Shown here: positions 53,460-62,905 of the stretch, one piece after another
Position numbering within the stretch: the stretch's first letter is position 1
Layout: every line of letters starts with the position of its first letter
NCBI GenBank assembly: GCA_963773975.1
Contig: CAVZDJ010000037.1
Span: forward strand, 105,041-169,040
From: an uncultured delta proteobacterium
GTDB taxonomy: Bacteria > Desulfobacterota > Binatia > Binatales > Binataceae
DNA: 64,000 nucleotides
Direction: 5' to 3'
Made by a program: the position numbers and the translations under genes
Notes under the pieces: model-generated
Database searches by the model: none
The model's input: only the letters and a program-made list of their open reading frames with translations
Told to the model about the DNA's origin: nothing

Positions 53460-55238
53460 TCAGCTCCGCGCGCGCAGCCACGCGGCGAGTTCGGCGGGCC
53501 CCAGCGCGACCGTGCCGAAGCGGCGCGAAAGCTCGGTTGCCTCGGGCGCGCGAAACGACGAGGAGGCGAGCAGCTCGTCGCGGGCGAAAAAATCGCGCAC
53601 GCCGCCATCGAAGAGCTTGCGTCCGCCGCGAATCAGCACCACCCGGCGTGCGTACTCGGCGACCAGCCACGGGGTGTGCGTGATCATCACGATCGCGATT
53701 CCGTCGCGGTTGAGCTCGGTCACCAGCGCCATCATGCGGCGCTGCTCGCGATAGTCCAGTCCGGTGGTCGGCTCGTCGAGAATCAGCAGGCGCGGCCGCA
53801 ACGCGAGCACGCTCGCGACGGCCAGGCGCTGGCGCTCGCCCTTGCCGAGCAGGAAAGGATCGAGCGCGCGCGCGTCGTGAAGCCCCACCGCGCGAAGGAC
53901 CTCGTCGCATCGGCGTTGAACCTCGCCGGGCGCGAGGTCGAAGTTGCGCGGGCCGAAAGCGACCTCGTCCTCGACGGTCGCGGCGAAAATCTGATGGTCG
54001 GGATTCTGGAAGACGTAGCCGACCTCGGCGGCGGTCTGCGCCGGACGCATCGTGGAGCGGTCGCGCCCGTTCAGCATCACGGCGCCCGCGATCGGACGCA
54101 GCAGGCCGACCAGATGCTTGGCGAGCGTGGTCTTGCCCGAGCCGTTCTGGCCGATGATCGCGACGAACTCGCCCGGCGCTATCCGCATCTCGATCGCATC
54201 GAGCACCGGCGGTCCGTCGGGGTAACTGAAGCTGAGCGCGCGCACCTCGACCAGCGGAGCCTGATTGTCAGCGGCCGTTGCCTCCTGCGCGGGAGTGCTG
54301 GCTGCCGGGCCGGGCGGATCAGACGAAGCGCCGAGATGCGGCAGCGCGCGGCGAATCAGCGCCTCGGCTTCATCCACACTCGCGGCATGCGCCGAAATTC
54401 CCAAAGCGGCGAGCGCGCGGTTCAAATCGGGCGGATGAACCCCGCACTCCTCCAGCAGTTCGAGCCGCGTCATCAGGTCGTGCGGTGGGCCCTCGGCGAT
54501 TATCTCGCCCTCGCGAAACAGCACCAGGCGGTCGGCGCCGCGCAGCACCTCGGCCTCGTGCTCGATCACGATCAGGCTGAAGCCCTGCTCGCGCAGGCTG
54601 CGAATCAGCGCGAAGACCTCGGCCTTGCCCTCGGGGTCGAGGTCGGTGGTCGGCTCGTCGAGCACGATCACCGACGGGCGCAGCGCGAGCACCGAAGCGA
54701 TCGCGAGCCGCTGCTTTTCGCCGCCCGAAAGCGAGGTCGGGTCGCGATGCTCGAAGCCGGCGAGGCCGACCGCCTCGAGCGCGGGGCGGATGCGGCGGGC
54801 CATCTCGGCACGCTCCATCCCAACCTGCTCCATCGCGAACGCGACTTCATGCGCGACGTTGGTGGAAAAGAGTTGCGCCTCGAAATCCTGGAAGACCATC
54901 CCGACTCGCGAGGCGACCTCGCACACCCGCGCGTCGGCGAGCGAGCGGCCGCCGATTCGCACCTCCCCCGTAAACGCGCCACCCTCGAACTCGGGCACGA
55001 TCCGATTGAGGCACTTGGCGAGCGTCGATTTGCCCGCGCCCGACGCGCCCATCACGCCGACCATCTGGCCCGCGGCAACCGCGAAGCTGATACGGTTCAG
55101 CGCCGGCCGCTCGCCGCCGTGATAGGTGAAGCTCACGCCTTCGAGCGCCACGTCGTGCGCCGCGCCGGCCGCTCCCGCCGCAATATCCTCGAGCGACGCG
55201 GCGCCGGCCGCTCCAGGAGCGGAAGGGCCATCCTTCAC
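53460..55238 (-). CDS. ECF transporter ATPase, fused EcfA-EcfA' (two ABC domains)
   Basis: The GTG start at 55238 overlaps the S-component stop (GTGA). It has two Walker A sites (GASGAGKST, GQNGSGKTT), two signatures (LSGGEKQR, LGKGERQR) and two Walker B sites (VIVLDEP, LLILDEP). The rest of the 846-aa track ORF is an out-of-context extension. Confidence 0.9.
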   Translation of the reverse strand: MKDGPSAPGAAGAASLEDIAAGAAGAAHDVALEGVSFTYHGGERPALNRISFAVAAGQMVGVMGASGAGKSTLAKCLNRIVPEFEGGAFTGEVRIGGRSLADARVCEVASRVGMVFQDFEAQLFSTNVAHEVAFAMEQVGMERAEMARRIRPALEAVGLAGFEHRDPTSLSGGEKQRLAIASVLALRPSVIVLDEPTTDLDPEGKAEVFALIRSLREQGFSLIVIEHEAEVLRGADRLVLFREGEIIAEGPPHDLMTRLELLEECGVHPPDLNRALAALGISAHAASVDEAEALIRRALPHLGASSDPPGPAASTPAQEATAADNQAPLVEVRALSFSYPDGPPVLDAIEMRIAPGEFVAIIGQNGSGKTTLAKHLVGLLRPIAGAVMLNGRDRSTMRPAQTAAEVGYVFQNPDHQIFAATVEDEVAFGPRNFDLAPGEVQRRCDEVLRAVGLHDARALDPFLLGKGERQRLAVASVLALRPRLLILDEPTTGLDYREQRRMMALVTELNRDGIAIVMITHTPWLVAEYARRVVLIRGGRKLFDGGVRDFFARDELLASSSFRAPEATELSRRFGTVALGPAELAAWLRARS

Positions 55239-56020
55239 ATCAGCCCCACACCGAGCACGGCCAACATGATGAACGGGCTCACCACGATTGCGATCGCCTT
55301 GTCGTACGGCGGCTGGTTCATCGCGGAGGACAGAAACGCCGGCGCCCAGTAGCCGGTGGAAACCAGATTGCCCATCAGCCACGCGCCCGCCTCGCCCGCC
55401 ACCAGCACCGCGAGACCGATGGCGCGCACGCTCCATCGGCGCTCCTTGAACTCGGGCATCATGTCGGTATAAAGCATCCGTCCGCGTTGCACGCGCGGGT
55501 AAACCGCGATCAGGATGAGCGGCGAAAGCACCAGGGCCGACGCCATGTTGTTGAACACGATCACGTTGCCCAGGATGCTGAATGGCCGCAGACCGAGCAG
55601 GTTGTCGCCCCATCCGACGATATCGGCGCAGAGCACACTGGCGGCCAGGCATGCCGCCACGTACTTGGCGATCGCGCCGGGCGAGCGCGTGATCGGACTT
55701 TGGCCCTGCGCGATCACGTTCCAGGCTTTGTACGGGATGTAGCCGTATAGCAGGTTGGCGAAGAAGCCGAAGATATCGCCGGGGCCGACGCCGCCGAAGA
55801 AATCGCCGATCATGTTGCCGATCGCGGAGCCCCAGCCCGCCGCTGGCCCGAACAGAAACGAGCATACGACCGGAATCGCATTGGCCGGGCGCAATTCGGT
55901 CACGCCCGGGATGAGCGGCACGACCTTGAACGGCACCAGCACGGCGGCGTAGAGCGCGGCCGAGATTGCGCACAGCACGACCATCCGGGTGTTGCGCCAC
56001 ATCGCGCCCAACTCTCTCAT
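55235..56020 (-). CDS. ECF transporter substrate-specific (S) component, QueT-like, with C-terminal extension
   Basis: It is a polytopic membrane protein with ELRPANAIPVVCSFLFGPAAGWGSAIGNMIGD, resembling QueT-type S components. It is the first gene of the S-A-T operon. At 261 aa it is longer than typical S components. The substrate assignment is uncertain. Confidence 0.65.
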   Translation of the reverse strand: MRELGAMWRNTRMVVLCAISAALYAAVLVPFKVVPLIPGVTELRPANAIPVVCSFLFGPAAGWGSAIGNMIGDFFGGVGPGDIFGFFANLLYGYIPYKAWNVIAQGQSPITRSPGAIAKYVAACLAASVLCADIVGWGDNLLGLRPFSILGNVIVFNNMASALVLSPLILIAVYPRVQRGRMLYTDMMPEFKERRWSVRAIGLAVLVAGEAGAWLMGNLVSTGYWAPAFLSSAMNQPPYDKAIAIVVSPFIMLAVLGVGLM

Positions 56021-56194
56021 CGCGCGCTCTTTCCGATCGGGTTCATCTCGACGCCAAGCAGTATCCTGCCGCCGATTCGCGGATCAAGCGGACACAAAGG
56101 GGAAGGCTCCCAACAGCGCCTGTTCCACCGCTCTTGCCGCAGCCTCGCGCGGCACGGAAAATCGAGGCATACTCCGCCAGTTGGAGTTGGCCCT

Positions 56195-56569
56195 ATGCCG
56201 ATCTACGAATATCAATGTGAAAAGTGCCGCAAACGCACCAGCGTGCTGACGATGCGCGTGAGCGAGCGAGTCGCGGCGGTGTGCGAGCATTGCGGGAGCG
56301 CGCGGATGCGCCGCCTGATGTCGCGCTTCGCGACCCCGCGCAGCGAGGAGTCGCGGATGGATGCGCTCTCAAATCCCGCGGGCTTCTCCGACGTTGACGA
56401 GAACGACCCCAAGAGCATCGCGCGCGCGCTTAGAAAGATGGGCAAGGAGATGGGCGACGAGATGGGCGGGCCGGAATTCGATGAAGCCGTGGATCAACTG
56501 GAGAGCGGCGGCGGCCTGGACGACGACGGCGGCGGCGAGGATGGCGGCGGAGGCAGCGACGACCTTTAG
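56195..56569 (+). CDS. FmdB-family zinc-ribbon protein with acidic Gly/Asp tail
   Basis: It has MPIYEYQCEKCRK...CEHCGS (CxxC-CxxC), typical of the FmdB/TIGR02605-type putative regulators. The C-terminus reads GGGLDDDGGGEDGGGGSDDL. Confidence 0.8.
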   Translation: MPIYEYQCEKCRKRTSVLTMRVSERVAAVCEHCGSARMRRLMSRFATPRSEESRMDALSNPAGFSDVDENDPKSIARALRKMGKEMGDEMGGPEFDEAVDQLESGGGLDDDGGGEDGGGGSDDL

Positions 56570-56622
56570 CCGCCGAGTTCATCGACAGACAATCGCAGAG
56601 CGCGATCGCGGAGGACTACAGC

Positions 56623-57615
56623 ATGGCAAGATTCTTCGACGCGGCCGAGGCCGATCCCGCGATTCTCCACGGCAAGACGATCGCGGTCATCGGCTACGGC
56701 AACCAGGGACGTTCACAGGCGATCAATCTGCGCCGCTCCGGCCACCAGGTGATCGTCGGCAACCAGGAAGACGAAAGCTGGCGCCAGGCGCGCGAGGACG
56801 GATTCGAGGCGTTCGCGATGGACGCGGCGGCCGCGCGCGCGGACGTCATCATGCTGCTCCTGCCGGACGAGATAGCGCCGGCAACCTACCGTGAGCTTAT
56901 CGCGCCGCACCTGGCGCGCGGCAAAACGCTGGTCTTCGCGAGCGGCTACAACATCACCTACAAGTTTATCGCACCGCCGCAGGAAACCGACGTAGTCCTG
57001 GTCGCGCCGCGCATGATCGGACAGGGCGTGCTCGACCTTCCGGCGCGCGGCGAGGGTTTTCCCGTGCTGGTGGGAGTCAGCCGGGACGTAAGCGGCCACG
57101 CGCTAAAGACCGCGCTCGCGATCACGCACGGCATCGGCGCCTTCCTGCCCCACGGCGCGGTGGTCGAGTCGAGCTTCGAGGAGGAAACGCTGGTCGATCT
57201 CTTCTCCGAGCACACCTGGGCGGGCGCGATGCTTTTCCTGCTCGACCGCGCTTTCAAGCTGCTGGTCGAGGCGGGCGTGAGCAAGGAGGTCGCGCTGCTG
57301 GAGCTATACGCTTCGGGCGAATTGGGCGAGATCGGCCGCGCGATGGCCACGCTCGGTGTGTGGCGTCAGCTCAAGCTGCACTCGCATACCAGCCATTTCG
57401 GACAGCTCACGCACGGCGCGCAATACATCGGGGCCGATTCGGAGGCGCTGATGCGCAAGGCGATCGAGGAAATTCGCGACGGCACGTTCGCCAGGCGCTG
57501 GGCCGCCGAGCAGGCCGCCGGGTCGCCCGTGTATCAAAAATTGTTGGGCGAGCGCCTCGCGTCGCCGATCGCGACCGCCGAGCAGGAGCTTTTCACCAGG
57601 CTGGGCCGCCGCTAG
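56623..57615 (+). CDS. ilvC: ketol-acid reductoisomerase-like protein (class I KARI fold, divergent)
   Basis: It has the GYGNQGRSQAINLRRSG Rossmann motif, LLLPDE, VLVAPRMIG, FEEETLVDLFSE and the C-terminal knotted domain. Several active-site stretches differ from canonical IlvC (SHTSHFG where canonical class I KARIs have an SxTAEYG-type motif, from memory). Confidence 0.7.
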   Translation: MARFFDAAEADPAILHGKTIAVIGYGNQGRSQAINLRRSGHQVIVGNQEDESWRQAREDGFEAFAMDAAAARADVIMLLLPDEIAPATYRELIAPHLARGKTLVFASGYNITYKFIAPPQETDVVLVAPRMIGQGVLDLPARGEGFPVLVGVSRDVSGHALKTALAITHGIGAFLPHGAVVESSFEEETLVDLFSEHTWAGAMLFLLDRAFKLLVEAGVSKEVALLELYASGELGEIGRAMATLGVWRQLKLHSHTSHFGQLTHGAQYIGADSEALMRKAIEEIRDGTFARRWAAEQAAGSPVYQKLLGERLASPIATAEQELFTRLGRR

Positions 57616-57635
57616 GCCGGGCCGCCAGGCTTACA

Positions 57636-58235
57636 CTATTTCTTTTTCACGGCCTCGAGGTCGATCTCGACCGAAACCGCGTCGCCGACCACGGCGCCGC
57701 CGGCCTCGATCATTTTATTCCAGGTAAGGCCGAAGGCCTTGCGGCTGATGGTGGTGGTCGCGGACGCGCCGGCGCGCGTGTTGCCCCACGGATCCTTGAT
57801 GGGAGCGCCCAGCACTTCAACCGCGAGCGTAACCTCCTTGGTGACGCCGTGCAGCGTGAGGTCGCCAACGACGTTGTACTTGCCCGGGCCCGCCGCTTCA
57901 ACCTTCTTCGACTTGAAGGTCATCGTCGGATACTTCGTCACGTCGAGGAAATTTGGGCTCTTGAGATCGGCGTCGCGATCCGCCGAACGGGTGTCGATCG
58001 ACGCGGTATCGATCGTCGCTTCGATCACGGCTGAGGCCGGATCGTTGCCGTTCGCGGTGATCGTGCCCGCGACTTTGTCGAACTGGCCCCTGACGCTCGA
58101 TATCGTCATGTGCCGCACGGTGAAGCCGACGGTGCTGTGAACCGGATCGATCTGCCAGGTGTCCGCCGACGCGGCGAGCGGCGCGGCGATCACAACTACC
58201 AGTGCGATCAACGTTCGCGATAGCCAGTTTTTCAT
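57636..58235 (-). CDS. YceI family periplasmic protein
   Basis: The start is ATG 58235, with a signal peptide (MKNWLSRTLIALVVVIAAPLAASA). It has WQIDPVHSTVGFTVRHM, TRSADRDADLKSPNFLDV and GDLTLHGVTKEVTL. Confidence 0.88.
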   Translation of the reverse strand: MKNWLSRTLIALVVVIAAPLAASADTWQIDPVHSTVGFTVRHMTISSVRGQFDKVAGTITANGNDPASAVIEATIDTASIDTRSADRDADLKSPNFLDVTKYPTMTFKSKKVEAAGPGKYNVVGDLTLHGVTKEVTLAVEVLGAPIKDPWGNTRAGASATTTISRKAFGLTWNKMIEAGGAVVGDAVSVEIDLEAVKKK

Positions 58236-58305
58236 GAGCCCTCCCCAAGGCGGCCGCCGCTTGGGCGCCGTCGATTTTTCGGACAATCCAAGAGCCAGTA
58301 ACAGG

Positions 58306-58785
58306 CTAGCCGGCTTCCAGCAATACCACCGCGGCCGCCGACATCCCCTCGCCGCGCCCGAGCGCGCCCAGGCCTTCGGGACTTGAGGCCTTGACGTTGA
58401 GCGTCGCCGGCTCCGCGCCGAGCGCCCCTGCCATCCGTTCGCGCATCGCGTCGACGTAGGGCGCAAGCCGCGGGCGCTCGGCGAAAATCGTCAGGTCGGC
58501 GTTGACCAGGCGCCATCCGCGCCCGCTCGCGAGCTTCCAGACCTCGGCCAGCAGCGTGAGGCTGTCGGCGTTCTTGTAGCGCGGGTCGCTGTCGGGGAAA
58601 TGGCGGCCGAGATCGCCCTCGCCCAGCGCACCGAGGATCGCATTGGCCAGCGCGTGGGCGGCGACGTCGGCGTCCGAGTGCCCGTCGAGCCCCGCGTCAT
58701 GGGGAATCGTTACGCCGCCGAGTTTGAGCGCGCGGCCCGGGCGCATCGGATGGAAGTCGAAGCCCTGCCCCACCTTAAGCCGCAT
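58306..58785 (-). CDS. ispF: 2-C-methyl-D-erythritol 2,4-cyclodiphosphate synthase
   Basis: The start is ATG 58785. It has VGQGFDFH, GHSDADVAAHALANAILGA and GDLGRHFPDSDPRYKNADS, collinear with IspF. Confidence 0.92.
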   Translation of the reverse strand: MRLKVGQGFDFHPMRPGRALKLGGVTIPHDAGLDGHSDADVAAHALANAILGALGEGDLGRHFPDSDPRYKNADSLTLLAEVWKLASGRGWRLVNADLTIFAERPRLAPYVDAMRERMAGALGAEPATLNVKASSPEGLGALGRGEGMSAAAVVLLEAG

Positions 58786-58898
58786 CGCGTCCGTCCGTAA
58801 CGGCCCGCAACTCGCCGAAAGCGCGCTCTGCGTTGACAACACGCCGAACGGCGGCCAAGCTTTTACGCAGTCCGTTGCTACGGGCGCCAGGAGGCGAT

Positions 58899-59187
58899 GT
58901 GGCCGCACCGGCATTCGTTAAAAATCCGAGATTCATTGGCGGCACGATCATCTTCCTGTGGGTCGCCTACGTCGTCTACTGGAACTATCGGCTCAATCCG
59001 ATCGACATCCAGACTCGTTCCGTTCGTCAAACCCGCGCAGCTCAGCGTCTCCTCGGTGATCATCGGCGCCGCACTCTTCGGCTTCCTTGTGACGATCGCG
59101 GTTCAGTTTCTATGGCGCAGAGGCCGCTCGAAAAACGGCTCCGACGCAGTTACCGCCTCCGCCGCCAGCACCAGGCCCGTCACCTGA
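58899..59187 (+). pseudogene. LapA-domain (DUF1049-like) small inner-membrane protein, apparently split by a frameshift near 59010-59016
   Basis: Frame 1 starts at GTG 58899 after an AGGAGG RBS and gives TM1 (FIGGTIIFLWVAYVVYWNYRLNPIDIQ). Frame 2 continues LVPFVKPAQLSVSSVIIGAALFGFLVTIAVQFLWRRGRSKN. Together they match the two-TM LapA pattern. Neither frame alone makes a sensible protein. Confidence 0.3.
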
Positions 59188-60365
59188 GCGCCGGCCTTGA
59201 GTACGGTCGCGTCCGACGGACCGATCAGCAACGCGTCGGCGCGCGCGAGCGAGCTTAAGATTCCCGAGCCCTGGTTGCCGGTCGGCGTCGCGTAAAGCTC
59301 GCCGCCCTCGTGCCGCAAGCGCACGCGCACGAACTCGGTCAGGTCCTTCGCCGTCCTTATATCCACCGCGCATCGCATCGCGACCCGCGGCAATCCGAGG
59401 TCGCGCCGCCCGCCCATCCGCAGCAACGCCGGGCGCACGTACAGGTAGCAACACACCATCGTCGAGACCGGGTTCCCCGGCAGGCCGAAAATCGGACGGC
59501 TGCCGACCGTGCCGAACTTAAGTGGACGCCCGGGCCGCTGCGCCACGCCGTGAAAGATCTGACGCATGCCCAATTCGTCGAGCGCGCCCTTGACGTGATC
59601 GAACTGGCCGACCGACACGCCGCCGGTCGAAAGCACGGCGTCGAAGGCGAACGCTTCGCTCAGGCGGGCGCGAATTTCCTCGGGACGGTCGCGCGCGACT
59701 TTCAGGATGACCGGTTCGCCGCCGGCCTCGCGCACCGCGCCCGCGAGCGCGTAGGCGCTGGAGTTCACGATCTGCGCGCCGGCCGGAACCTGGTCGACGT
59801 CCACCAGTTCGTCGCCGGTTGCGACGATCGCGACGCGGGGGCCGCGATAGACGTCGATCATCGAACGGTTGAGCGACGCAAGCATTCCGAGGTCCGCCGC
59901 GCCCAGCCGCTTGCCGGCTTCCACCACCAGCTCGCCCTCGCGCAGATCCTCGCCGCGCGGGCGGATGAAGGTGCGCGGCTCGGCGGCGGACAGAATCTCG
60001 ACCATGTCGCCGTCGGCGCGTGTCTGCTCGACCGGCACGATCGCGTCGGCGCCCGCCGCCACCGGCGCACCGGTCATCGTACGCATCGCGGTGCCCGCCT
60101 CGACCCGCACAGCCGGCATCGCGCCCGCCGCCACGGTGCCAAGCACGCGGAGCCGCGCCGGACTCGACGCGCCGGCCTGGGCGATGTCGGCGGCACGCAC
60201 GGCGTAACCGTCCATCGCGGAGTTATCGAAGCCGGGGATGTCGCGCGGCGAGCGAATTTCCTCGGCAAGCACGCGGCCGAGCGCATCGAGGATCGGCGTC
60301 CGTTCGACGCCGAGCGTGGCGACGTTTTCGAGCACCAGTTGCAGAGCTTCGTCGGCGCTTACCAT
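59103..60365 (-). CDS. moeA: molybdopterin molybdenumtransferase MoeA
   Basis: It has FDNSAMDGYAV, VSTGGVSVG and PGNPVS motifs and the full four-domain length (420 aa). Confidence 0.9.
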   Translation of the reverse strand: MVSADEALQLVLENVATLGVERTPILDALGRVLAEEIRSPRDIPGFDNSAMDGYAVRAADIAQAGASSPARLRVLGTVAAGAMPAVRVEAGTAMRTMTGAPVAAGADAIVPVEQTRADGDMVEILSAAEPRTFIRPRGEDLREGELVVEAGKRLGAADLGMLASLNRSMIDVYRGPRVAIVATGDELVDVDQVPAGAQIVNSSAYALAGAVREAGGEPVILKVARDRPEEIRARLSEAFAFDAVLSTGGVSVGQFDHVKGALDELGMRQIFHGVAQRPGRPLKFGTVGSRPIFGLPGNPVSTMVCCYLYVRPALLRMGGRRDLGLPRVAMRCAVDIRTAKDLTEFVRVRLRHEGGELYATPTGNQGSGILSSLARADALLIGPSDATVLKAGAQVTGLVLAAEAVTASEPFFERPLRHRN

Positions 60366-60484
60366 CAGTCGAACCTTAACCCGCGATTGATGCGAGCGCC
60401 AGTTAAACGGCTAACGGTTAAAAGTTTGAGCGGATGAAAGCGTGATGCGGATGTAGGACAATTCCGGGGCGGCGGTTTACCGGC

Positions 60485-61513
60485 CTAGAAGAAAAGCTTG
60501 CCCGCAGGATCGAAGGCGTCGGCGCTTTCCTGAAGCGGGAGCCGCAACTCATAGCTCGCACCCGGCGGAACGCGATCGTGCAGAATGGCCGGGTTGTAGT
60601 CGCGCAGGACGCGTACCGAGACTCCCGTGTGCCGGGCCACTTCAGAGAGCGTAGTGCCGCCGTTGACCTTGATCACGCGGAAGCTCTCCGGCTCCGTGTA
60701 ATTCACCGGTTCGAGGCCGTAGCGCTCGGGCTGATGCGCGATTATCGCGACTGCCATGAAACGGTTGAGTAGCGAGCGGGTACTGTACGGCAGATGCGAG
60801 GTCAGGCTGCTGTAATCGACGCCGCGCAGCGAGAAATAGTCGTTCATCGCCGTCTCGCCGCGGTTCCACCCGACCAGGGCCACGCGCCAGTCACCGACCT
60901 CGTCGTGCAAAGTCGCCAGGTACTGGGCCGCCGCATGCGTCGATTTTATCGGGTCGCGCCGCTCATCGATGTACCGGTTGACCCTGAGGTTGAAGCGCCG
61001 CGCGGTCGCCACACTTAGCTGCCAGGGCCCGGCGCCTTTGCTGGAAAACGAACTTTCGGCGAATGAGAGATAAACCAGTTCCGGCGGCAGGTCGTGGCTC
61101 TCCATGACCTTGACCATCATCGGAAGGTACGGGCGGCTGCGGCGGAAGGACTCCCTGATACCCTCGTTATGCTCGGCAAAGGCATCGACATAGCGCTGAA
61201 CAGTCTGATTGAGGACCAGCGGGAACGGGGGTACCTTGTGTGGCTCGCTGCGGACGTATGGAATACCCTCGGCGAGGGCTACCGCCGCGTCTATATCGGC
61301 GCCTTGCGAAGGATTCGCTACTGACGCAGCCGTCGTACCCCTGGTGGCCGAGGTTGCAGCGCTCTGGGACCCGCCAATCGGAGCGGTGGCGATCAGACCG
61401 AAGCGGTCTCCGGGGCTGGACGCGACATCGACGGCCGGAGTTGATACACAACCGGTGAGGGCTGCGCCCAACAGACAGACGATCGCTAGCGATAAAGCTG
61501 AATTCCCCCGCAT
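60485..61513 (-). CDS. MltD-like lytic transglycosylase lipoprotein with C-terminal LysM
   Basis: The start is ATG 61513, with a lipobox (LLGAALTGC). It has an SLT-like domain (LVYLSFAESSFSSKGAGPWQL) and a LysM domain (IKVNGGTTLSEVARHTGVSVRVLRDYNP). Confidence 0.8.
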   Translation of the reverse strand: MRGNSALSLAIVCLLGAALTGCVSTPAVDVASSPGDRFGLIATAPIGGSQSAATSATRGTTAASVANPSQGADIDAAVALAEGIPYVRSEPHKVPPFPLVLNQTVQRYVDAFAEHNEGIRESFRRSRPYLPMMVKVMESHDLPPELVYLSFAESSFSSKGAGPWQLSVATARRFNLRVNRYIDERRDPIKSTHAAAQYLATLHDEVGDWRVALVGWNRGETAMNDYFSLRGVDYSSLTSHLPYSTRSLLNRFMAVAIIAHQPERYGLEPVNYTEPESFRVIKVNGGTTLSEVARHTGVSVRVLRDYNPAILHDRVPPGASYELRLPLQESADAFDPAGKLFF

Positions 61514-61717
61514 GAACGAACCGAGACGGACCCTGACCCGGCCCAACCCTATCGACCGGGCGGGGCCATGATCAACCCCTTCCGGAGTCGTTTGCCCTAA
61601 AAAAAACTAATAGCATGCAATCACCTTATTAGTGGCATCGTCACTTTTCTCGCTCATGATGTCTGATATTAGGCCATTAGACGTTTTGTGATACCGTGCG
61701 ATTTGGTCGCCGTCGTC

Positions 61718-62905
61718 ATGCGCAAGCCTCCCTCGTCATCCGCGGGTCTCTGGCGGGAAGTCGTCGACAGTCTGAGTGACGCCGTCGTGGTCTTCGATAC
61801 CGCCCTCGCTCCGATCGCCATTAATCCGGCAGCCGAAACCCTCTTCGGCGTCTCGCATCTCAATGAGGCGGCGGTCGGCGCTCTGCTGCGCCACAACGAA
61901 TGGCTCCTGCGGATGGTTGAGAGCTGCCTAAGCAGTGGGCAGAACCTGGCTGACGCCGACGCCACGCTCAGCCTGGGGTCGCGGCTGGCGACGGTCAGCG
62001 CGGAAGTTGCGCCGCTGATGGGTGCCGGCGGAGCGAGCCGCGGCGCGGTGGTGCTGCTGCACGACCTCGCGCTCCATCGCGGCGCCGCGCAAGCGCTTGA
62101 CACGGCTGAACCCGACCTCAAGCTGTCGCCCGCCGGGCTCGCGCACGAGGTCAAAAATCCGCTGACCGGAATCAAGGGCGCGGCCGAGTTGCTGGCGGGG
62201 CGGTTGCGCTCCGACCCGCGCGCCCAGCAGTATTGTGGACTCATCCTCGAGGGCGTCAACCGCATCACGGCGCTGGTCGAGCAGGTGCTGGCCGCCAGCG
62301 CTCCGCAACGGCTGAGTTTCGAGCCGGTCAATATCCATCGCGTCCTCCACCAGGCGCTCAGGATGGCCGGGCTGCATCCGCATCCGCCCGAAGGCGTGAC
62401 CATCGAGCAGCTTTTCGACCCGAGTCTGCCCGAGATCAGCGCCGACGCCGCGGCGCTCGAGCGCACGTTCCTCAACCTGGTGCGCAACGCGGCCGAGGCG
62501 ATCGGCACGGCCGGGACGATCCGGCTGCGGACGCGGATGGAGACCGAGTTCCGCCTCACCGCCGAGGGACGCCGCCGCCAGTTTCTACGCGTGGAGGTGA
62601 GTGACAGCGGGCGCGGCATGAACGCGGCCGAGATGGCGCAGCTCTTCACGCCGTTCTTTACCACCAAGCCCTCGGGCACCGGCCTGGGCCTGGTGCTGAG
62701 CCAGCGGATCGTCGCGGCTCACGGCGGCAAGCTATGGGCCGAGGCGGGAGGCGTAAGCCCCTCGCGTCCGCATTCGGCGATTCACGCCGCCGGGCCGCAT
62801 CACGTGCATCCGGCCAACCCCGAGGAGCATCGCGCGCGCGGGATGACGTTCAAGGTCACGCTACCGGTGGGACCGCGCGATCCCGAGCCATCGGAAGCGG
62901 CATAG
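61718..62905 (+). CDS. NtrB-like PAS sensor histidine kinase
   Basis: It has a PAS domain, the H-box (LAHEVKNPLTGIKGAAELL), the N-box (LVRNAAEA) and G-boxes (DSGRGM, GTGLGL). Start could be ATG 61718 or GTG 61688. Confidence 0.85.
   Translation: MRKPPSSSAGLWREVVDSLSDAVVVFDTALAPIAINPAAETLFGVSHLNEAAVGALLRHNEWLLRMVESCLSSGQNLADADATLSLGSRLATVSAEVAPLMGAGGASRGAVVLLHDLALHRGAAQALDTAEPDLKLSPAGLAHEVKNPLTGIKGAAELLAGRLRSDPRAQQYCGLILEGVNRITALVEQVLAASAPQRLSFEPVNIHRVLHQALRMAGLHPHPPEGVTIEQLFDPSLPEISADAAALERTFLNLVRNAAEAIGTAGTIRLRTRMETEFRLTAEGRRRQFLRVEVSDSGRGMNAAEMAQLFTPFFTTKPSGTGLGLVLSQRIVAAHGGKLWAEAGGVSPSRPHSAIHAAGPHHVHPANPEEHRARGMTFKVTLPVGPRDPEPSEAA

Noticed and set aside
53676-55352. 558-aa ORF on the + strand
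   Set aside because: It is antisense to the ECF double ATPase, which has two complete sets of ABC motifs.
53460-56000. 846-aa ORF taken at face value
   Set aside because: The N-terminal ~250 aa overlap the S-component gene in another frame and are Arg/Gly-rich. The ABC ATPase starts at GTG 55238, overlapping the upstream stop.
56021-56194. Possible riboswitch in the leader of the ECF transporter operon
   Set aside because: I looked for preQ1-I/II, THI-box (CUGAGA) and cobalamin (GCCACUG) signatures on the minus strand and found none. A covariance-model scan is needed before any call.
61669-62679. 336-aa ORF on the - strand
   Set aside because: It is antisense to the NtrB-like histidine kinase, which has H, N and G boxes.
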